From positions 1 to 40,450 of the forward strand of contig JAZKAF010000035.1 of assembly GCA_040389285.1 (NCBI GenBank): a DNA stretch of 40,450 nt, written 5' to 3'. Shown one piece after another: positions 36,301 through 40,450 of this stretch. How positions within the stretch are numbered: the stretch's first letter is position 1; each line of letters starts with the position of its first letter. The notes beneath the pieces were generated by a model. That model made no database searches. It had not been told where the DNA came from and worked only from the letters and a program-made list of their open reading frames with translations. Origin of the DNA: a candidate division FCPU426 bacterium (lineage in GTDB: Bacteria > Oederibacteriota > JAJYGY01 > DAIDJD01). The position numbers were made by a program, and so were the translations under genes.

Positions 36301-36878
36301 TTTGCATCCAGGCTAACACCGGTGGCGCCGCTGATGCTCCACTCGATCTTCTTATAGTCAGATCCCTGGGCGACTACGAAATCGTATTCCAGCTGGGTCT
36401 GATTGCCGTAATAGACCAAGTCGATGCCGGTATAAACCCCCTGGAACGTGACCCGGCCATACTGGGAGACGTCCGTGAGCCAATTCTTAGGGCTAGAGCC
36501 GATGAAGTAGTTGGATTTTCCCGGAAGGAGCTCCGAGACCTGCGCCTTGCCGGCTTTGCTGCCGGAAAGCTTCATATTAATATAATCCTGTTTGAACTTG
36601 GGCTTCGCCTTCTTGCCCAGCTTCGATTTTGGATCGAGTTCATCCGGGTTGGACCGTTGGGTCAGGAAAAGGTCGACCTCCGGTCCGCTGACCATGATCT
36701 TGTAGCCGCGCCCGCGGCTCAAAAACTGGCCGTTCACGTCCTCAAAGGCCAGCGGAAGCAAGCCATAGTTTGCAAAGGCTTGGGAGGGAGGGGTCAGCGC
36801 CGACGCAAAGCCTGACAGGCTTAGGGCGGTCAGAAAGACCAACCAGCGATTAGGGAATATTTTGTTTAAATTAAACAC
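33372..36878 (-). CDS. Secreted protein C: seven SBBP repeats (beta-propeller), Thr/Ser/Pro stalk, His-rich segment and T9SS type A-like C-terminal domain
   Basis: Signal peptide; N-terminal domain (SNYFIG, YTGIDLVYYG, LEYDFVV, LVIDP); seven YSTYLGG...IAVDxSGNAY repeats; C-terminus GFPNPA...LMNLAGQ...SRGIYFV...KLSVLR. Confidence 0.9.
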   Translation of the reverse strand: MFNLNKIFPNRWLVFLTALSLSGFASALTPPSQAFANYGLLPLAFEDVNGQFLSRGRGYKIMVSGPEVDLFLTQRSNPDELDPKSKLGKKAKPKFKQDYINMKLSGSKAGKAQVSELLPGKSNYFIGSSPKNWLTDVSQYGRVTFQGVYTGIDLVYYGNQTQLEYDFVVAQGSDYKKIEWSISGATGVSLDANGNLIMSVGGGSLQFKKPTCYVLNAGVRSDVPGAYELRGTDKVGFVVTGYNGVGSLVIDPTLSYSTYLGGSGTDSGTGVAVDVSGNAYVCGFTGGGFPTSGGAYQTVFGGSDDAFITKLNSTGTAVIYSTYLGGATGDRAYDIAVNSSGNAYVTGYAGGGFPVTAGAAQTTFGGGLDAFVTKLNSAGNGLVYSTYIGGTDNEDAAAIALDASGNAYIIADTMSSDYPTTTGAYQTFNGDLGETGLGDLGVTKLNSAGTAFVYSTYVGGFGYDHGAGIAVDSSGNAYLTGYSEGSMPTTLGSWAPINLGILDTFFTKLNSTGTALVYSSYLGGLSIAESEDIAVDASGNAYVTGVTNGGIPTTLGAYKLLYSGGNDAFVTKMNAAGNALVYSTYLGGIKMDDGESLAIDSSGNAYIGGDTRGSYPTTAGAYQTVFGGGIDIFVTQLDPTGSSLVYSSYLGGTGNDEDAMIAVDSAGSMYAAGFTNGAFPTTGGAAQTAFGGTVDGFVVKFGPAIPTPTFSATPTVTKTITPTRTITLTRTPTSTRTATATSTFSVSPTPSATSTTSPTSTSTRSPTPTPTSTFSNSPTSTVTLTSSPTSTFTNSPTSTVTLTSSPTSTFTNSPTSTVTLTDSPTSTFTNSSTSTVTLTDSPTSTFTDSPTSTVTLTDSPTSTFTDSPTSTVTLTDSPTSTFTDSPTSTVTETDSPTATFTDSPTSTVTLTDSPTSTFTDSPTLVSTETDSPTSTFTDSPTLVSTETDSPTSTFTNSPTLVSTETDSPTETATPTITPSRTPTSSQTATQTSTQTFTPSVPAEPSFTRTPHPGNGDGGTGDHGHGHAYAYGHRDHDGDDEGTPDLTGTPGSLLPPAASPALTRGRAFKDGRLGEILSAKKPVVGFPNPAHDKASVAFLLENATRVRLVLMNLAGQQLETFDLGERPAGINLMHLDLGSYSRGIYFVVLETNSGFGWVGRGTFKLSVLR
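33978..34571 (-). repeat. 11 tandem copies of a 54-bp (18-aa) coding repeat
   Basis: Consensus PTSTFT(N/D)SPT(STVTL/LVSTE)TDS, counted 11 times; 11 x 54 = 594 bp. Confidence 0.93.
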
Positions 36879-36884
36879 CGGGGA

Positions 36885-36914
36885 AGTATAAAAGAAGTGC
36901 CCCTAGGAAATCAA
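36885..36914 (-). promoter_or_regulatory. sigma70 promoter positioned for leaderless translation of protein C
   Basis: TTGATT-N18-TATACT-N6-GTG start; no SD. Confidence 0.65.
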
Positions 36915-36932
36915 CATAATATCAACAATAAA

Positions 36933-37532
36933 TTACCAGCGACGCAGCAGCGGGATCACTCGGGACAGGGCTTGACCCCGGTGGCTGAACCTGTTTTTTT
37001 CAGATAACTGCATTTCTGCAAAGGTTTTTCGGATTTCCGGGAGGTAAAAAACGGGGTCATAACCGAATCCCAGGCTCCCCCTGAACTGCCTGGATATCTC
37101 GCCCCGGACCGAACCCGCGACCCAATCTTCCCTTCCGCCGGGCTCCGCCACCACCATCACCGTCCGAAAGGTCGCTCCCCGGGGGGTTTCAGGGCCCAGC
37201 CTTTCCATTTCGCTCAGCAGTTTACGGTTATTATCCTCGTAACTGCAGTCCGGTCCGGCGTAGCGGGCCGAGTAAACGCCGGGGGCGCCATCCAGGGCAT
37301 CGACCTCCAGGCCGGTGTCATCTGCCAAAACTAACAGACCGCTGGCTTTAGCGGCCGAGCGCGCTTTTTTCTGTGCGTTCTCCAGCAAGGTCTCGCCGTC
37401 CTCCAGCACCTCCGGGATCGCGGCCCCGGTCCATTCGGCCGGGCTCAGGACCCGGTAATCCATGCCTTTCAAGGCCTCCCGGATCTCCAAAAGCTTGCCC
37501 TGGTTGGTGGTGGCCAATAACAGGTCAGGCAT
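36933..37532 (-). CDS. rdgB: Non-canonical purine NTP pyrophosphatase (RdgB/HAM1)
   Basis: Start re-called at ATG 37532; [46 protein letters not shown]. Confidence 0.95.
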   Translation of the reverse strand: MPDLLLATTNQGKLLEIREALKGMDYRVLSPAEWTGAAIPEVLEDGETLLENAQKKARSAAKASGLLVLADDTGLEVDALDGAPGVYSARYAGPDCSYEDNNRKLLSEMERLGPETPRGATFRTVMVVAEPGGREDWVAGSVRGEISRQFRGSLGFGYDPVFYLPEIRKTFAEMQLSEKNRFSHRGQALSRVIPLLRRW

Positions 37533-38253
37533 GGAAGTCGATCCCGAGTTCGGCGCGTTGCAAGGCCACCAACTCCGCCACGCCCTTTTGGCCAAGGTCC
37601 AGCAACTCGAGAAAGCGGGCCCTTCCAAAGGTCCCTTTTTCCGCGGTAGAACCCAGTTCCACCAGGTCGCCGGAGCCTGTTCCGACCACATTCATGTCGA
37701 CCTCCGCGGTCGAGTCTTCCAGATAATGAAGGTCCAGCCTCGCCTGGCCTTCGATCACGCCGACCGAGATCGCGGCGACATAATCTTTGAACGGGATCTT
37801 AGGCAAGGTCCCCGCCGCCACCAGCGGCTGCAGGGCGTCGACCGCCGCGATAAAGGCGCCGGTGATGCTGGCGCAACGGGTGCCACCGTCGGCCTGGATG
37901 ACATCGCAATCGAGGATCAATTGGCGCTCGCCCATGGCCTTGGGGTCGAGCGTGGACCTGAGGCTCCTGCCGATCAGGCGCATGATCTCCTGGGTGCGTC
38001 CCTGGAGCTTTCCGCGCACGGCCTCCCGGTCGATGCGCTGCGGGCTGGAACGCGGCAGCATGCCGTATTCGGCGGTGACCCAGCCAAGGCCGCGTCCCTT
38101 CATGAAAGGCGGTACCTTTTCCTCGAGCGTCGCGGCGCAGAGCACGCGGGTGTCGCCCATCTCGATCATCACGGATCCCTCCACGCCCTTCAGGCAATGG
38201 CGGGTGATCTTCACCTCCCGCATCTGGGAGGCTGAACGTCCATCGCTACGCAT
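37525..38253 (-). CDS. rph: Ribonuclease PH
   Basis: [61 protein letters not shown]. Confidence 0.98.
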   Translation of the reverse strand: MRSDGRSASQMREVKITRHCLKGVEGSVMIEMGDTRVLCAATLEEKVPPFMKGRGLGWVTAEYGMLPRSSPQRIDREAVRGKLQGRTQEIMRLIGRSLRSTLDPKAMGERQLILDCDVIQADGGTRCASITGAFIAAVDALQPLVAAGTLPKIPFKDYVAAISVGVIEGQARLDLHYLEDSTAEVDMNVVGTGSGDLVELGSTAEKGTFGRARFLELLDLGQKGVAELVALQRAELGIDFHA

Positions 38254-38276
38254 AAGATCCTTTTATCGGGGGAAGA

Positions 38277-39038
38277 TCAACGGGCGCCCGGGCCGCTGAC
38301 GGCGGCGCCGCTGTACTTGAAACTGACGTGAAGGCGAACGGTCTGGTTCTCCTGGGGCACCGAACTTGGCAGCTGGGCGAAGGCGATCTGGCGTGCCCGG
38401 CTGAGGATATGCTCGTCCAGACCCAGATAGCCTGAGGTCCTCTCCAGGCGCACTTCCACCACCTCGCCGCGGGGATTGACGGTGAAGATGATGGTGCACT
38501 CGCTCTCTTCCGGCAGGCCGCCGGGATAGCTAAGGTCGATGGGCGTATAGCCGCGCCCACCGGCCGCGGCGCTTAGGCCGGGGATCCCATCCTCGGTGCC
38601 GGCCTTGATCTGGTTGCCCATGCCGCCCTCGGAAAGCTCCTCGGAACGGCGGCCCTGGCGCGGATCGATCCCCAGCTTCATCTTTTCGTAGGTCTTGGAA
38701 AGGTCCGAGGCGGCGGGCGGTTTCAGCGTCTTGACCTTGGGCTTGGCCTTGGAATTATCCTCGGCGGCGGCTACTTCGTTCATGGCCAGCTTGATGCCAG
38801 CCGACAGGGGGTTGGAATTGGCCGGGGTGTCGCTGATCTTGCGCGTATCGCCCGCCACGCCGGTCCCGCTGCCTAAAGGGGTGTAGCCCGGGATGGTCTC
38901 GACCACCAGGAGCACTTGGCGCCCCTCTTTGCGTCCAAAGACGGGCAACCCGATCAAGAGCAACAGGAGCAGGGAGTGGATCGCCAGCGAAACGCCGCTG
39001 GCGATCCTATCGTCCCGGGTCTTCATCACGCCCTGCAT
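38277..39038 (-). CDS. TonB/TolA-family energy transducer
   Basis: N-terminal TM SLAIHSLLLLLL (SxxxH), linker, and C-terminal FTVNPRGEV..V.LERTSG..LD. The start could also be 39026. Confidence 0.8.
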   Translation of the reverse strand: MQGVMKTRDDRIASGVSLAIHSLLLLLLIGLPVFGRKEGRQVLLVVETIPGYTPLGSGTGVAGDTRKISDTPANSNPLSAGIKLAMNEVAAAEDNSKAKPKVKTLKPPAASDLSKTYEKMKLGIDPRQGRRSEELSEGGMGNQIKAGTEDGIPGLSAAAGGRGYTPIDLSYPGGLPEESECTIIFTVNPRGEVVEVRLERTSGYLGLDEHILSRARQIAFAQLPSSVPQENQTVRLHVSFKYSGAAVSGPGAR

Positions 39039-39042
39039 GGCG

Positions 39043-39444
39043 TTACTTATTCTCCGTGGCGATGGCCAACTTGACGGCTCCAGCGGCCATGGCCGCGTCC
39101 ATCAGCGCCACGACCCGGCCGTGGCTCGACGACTTGTCAGCGTTGATGATCACAGTCTTGTCCGGGCTGGCTTTGAGCGCCGCGGCCAGCATAGGCGGCA
39201 GTTCCTGCATGCTGATCTCGCCATCGTTCAGATAGAGCTTCCCCAGCGTCGTCAAGGTCAGGACCACCGGCTTGGAGGGCCTGGCCGCCTGCGAGGCCGC
39301 CTTAGGAAGTTTGACCTGGATCTGGCCCTGGATGATCAGCGGCGTGGTGACCATGAAGATGACCAGCAGCACGAGCAGCACATCGGTGAACGGCACGATG
39401 TTGATCTCGGCCTTCAGTCGTTCCCGGGATCTAGTCCTCCTCAT
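39043..39444 (-). CDS. exbD: Biopolymer transporter ExbD/TolR
   Basis: Start re-called at ATG 39444; EINIVPFTDVLLVLLVIFMV, VKLP, INADK. Confidence 0.9.
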   Translation of the reverse strand: MRRTRSRERLKAEINIVPFTDVLLVLLVIFMVTTPLIIQGQIQVKLPKAASQAARPSKPVVLTLTTLGKLYLNDGEISMQELPPMLAAALKASPDKTVIINADKSSSHGRVVALMDAAMAAGAVKLAIATENK

Positions 39445-40087
39445 CGCCCGCGCCCCTTCCGGTTCCCTTGTTAAAAAACGCTTCAGCCAGTTCCGAGCTG
39501 GCCATGTCAAAACGGTTCTCCATGGCTTCCAGCCGTCTGGCGAAGATGTTATAGAAGACCACAGCCGGGACCGCGACCGCCAAGCCGGCGGCCGTGGCCA
39601 CCAGCGCCTCGGCGATGCCGGCTGAGACCATGGCCGCGCCCGCTTCACTGCCCGAACGCGCCAGCGCCTGGAAGGCCCGGATGATGCCCATCACCGTCCC
39701 AAAAAGCCCGATGTAGGGCGCCACGCTGCCGATGGTTCCTAGCGCCGCCAAGCGCTGCTGCAGCAAGCTGGCCTCTTCCATGGACTTACGGCCCATGGCC
39801 TCGACCAGCACGTCTTTTTCTTTGGCTCCGTGCCGCACCCCCGCGGACAGTAAGCGTCCCAAGGCGCTGTCTTCCGACGCGGCCATGTCGCGGGCTTCGC
39901 TCAGCTGGCCAGCTCTCACCAGCTTGGAAACGCGAGCGCTGAGGCGTTCGCTTCCCTTTTCGGCCCTTCCGTACTTCATCCAACGCTCCACGATGATGGA
40001 CCAACTCCACACCGAGAGCCCGATCAAGGCGTACAGCGTGACTCCGCCGTGCCTGATCAATTCCCAAAATCCGCTTTCACGGAACAT
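39431..40087 (-). CDS. MotA/TolQ/ExbB proton channel family protein
   Basis: LGTIGSVAPYIGLFGTVMGIIRAF and GIAEALVATAAGLAVAVPAV; AGGAGG SD. Confidence 0.93.
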   Translation of the reverse strand: MFRESGFWELIRHGGVTLYALIGLSVWSWSIIVERWMKYGRAEKGSERLSARVSKLVRAGQLSEARDMAASEDSALGRLLSAGVRHGAKEKDVLVEAMGRKSMEEASLLQQRLAALGTIGSVAPYIGLFGTVMGIIRAFQALARSGSEAGAAMVSAGIAEALVATAAGLAVAVPAVVFYNIFARRLEAMENRFDMASSELAEAFFNKGTGRGAGDEED

Positions 40088-40109
40088 CCTGCCTCCTGAA
40101 TGCTAAGGA

Positions 40110-40450
40110 CTAAAACCTGTAAAAAACACCCAACCCTAAGTAAGGGGCGGGCTCCGGGTAACCCCCAAACTCCTGGACGGCCTGGCTGAGCAGGTTGCGT
40201 CCTTCGGCAAGCAATGACAGATCGTCGAGCAAGGCGAATTCCGCGCCAGCCCTCAGGTCAAAATAGGCCGGCAGATCCGTGCTCGACAGGGAAAGGCGCT
40301 GATGGCGTTCCCCCACATAGATCCCCCTTAAATCGAATTTCCAGCGCTTGATCCCGTACTCCAGCGATCCTTCCGCGGATATCAGCGGCGCAAAGGTCGC
40401 CTGCATGGCCTTGCCACCCAAGAGGGTGGTGTCGGCCAGGCGGACACCTA
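40110..40450 (-). CDS. C-terminal part of an outer-membrane beta-barrel (TonB-dependent-receptor-like); partial
   Basis: Frame is open to the window edge; LPAYFDL, GRNLL and terminal LGLGVFYRF (aromatic end); upstream of exbB. Confidence 0.65.
   Translation of the reverse strand, partial: GVRLADTTLLGGKAMQATFAPLISAEGSLEYGIKRWKFDLRGIYVGERHQRLSLSSTDLPAYFDLRAGAEFALLDDLSLLAEGRNLLSQAVQEFGGYPEPAPYLGLGVFYRF

Overview
GC-rich bacterial chromosomal segment from a diderm organism (porin, outer-membrane barrels, ExbB/ExbD/TonB), with nearly all genes on the minus strand. From left to right it holds: a partial secreted beta-helix-like protein; tyrS with tRNA-Arg(UCU); a secreted Thr/Ser/Pro-stalk protein coupled to a PorV/PorQ-like barrel; a glycogen operon (malQ, GH57/DUF3536, glgB) in which malQ is split by a +1 frameshift; tRNA-Pro(UGG) preceded by a tRNA-like fragment with a perfect palindrome; a ~14 kb phosphate cluster (porin-pstSCAB-phoU, phoB-phoR-GT28 glycolipid synthase-PlcP-like phosphoesterase, DUF47-PiT) with three 11-bp-periodic Pho boxes; cls and a HAD hydrolase; rpmB; two more stalk proteins with a PorV-like/FlgD/OmpA fusion; and an operon ending exbB-exbD-tonB-rph-rdgB. 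The strongest candidate for an undescribed system is a T9SS-like surface-display arrangement. Three cargo proteins share a signal peptide, a variable head, an almost strictly alternating (x-Thr/Ser)n stalk and a type-A-like C-terminal sorting domain. Two of them overlap their own PorV-like barrel gene. All family assignments come from motif recognition by eye; no database searches were run.
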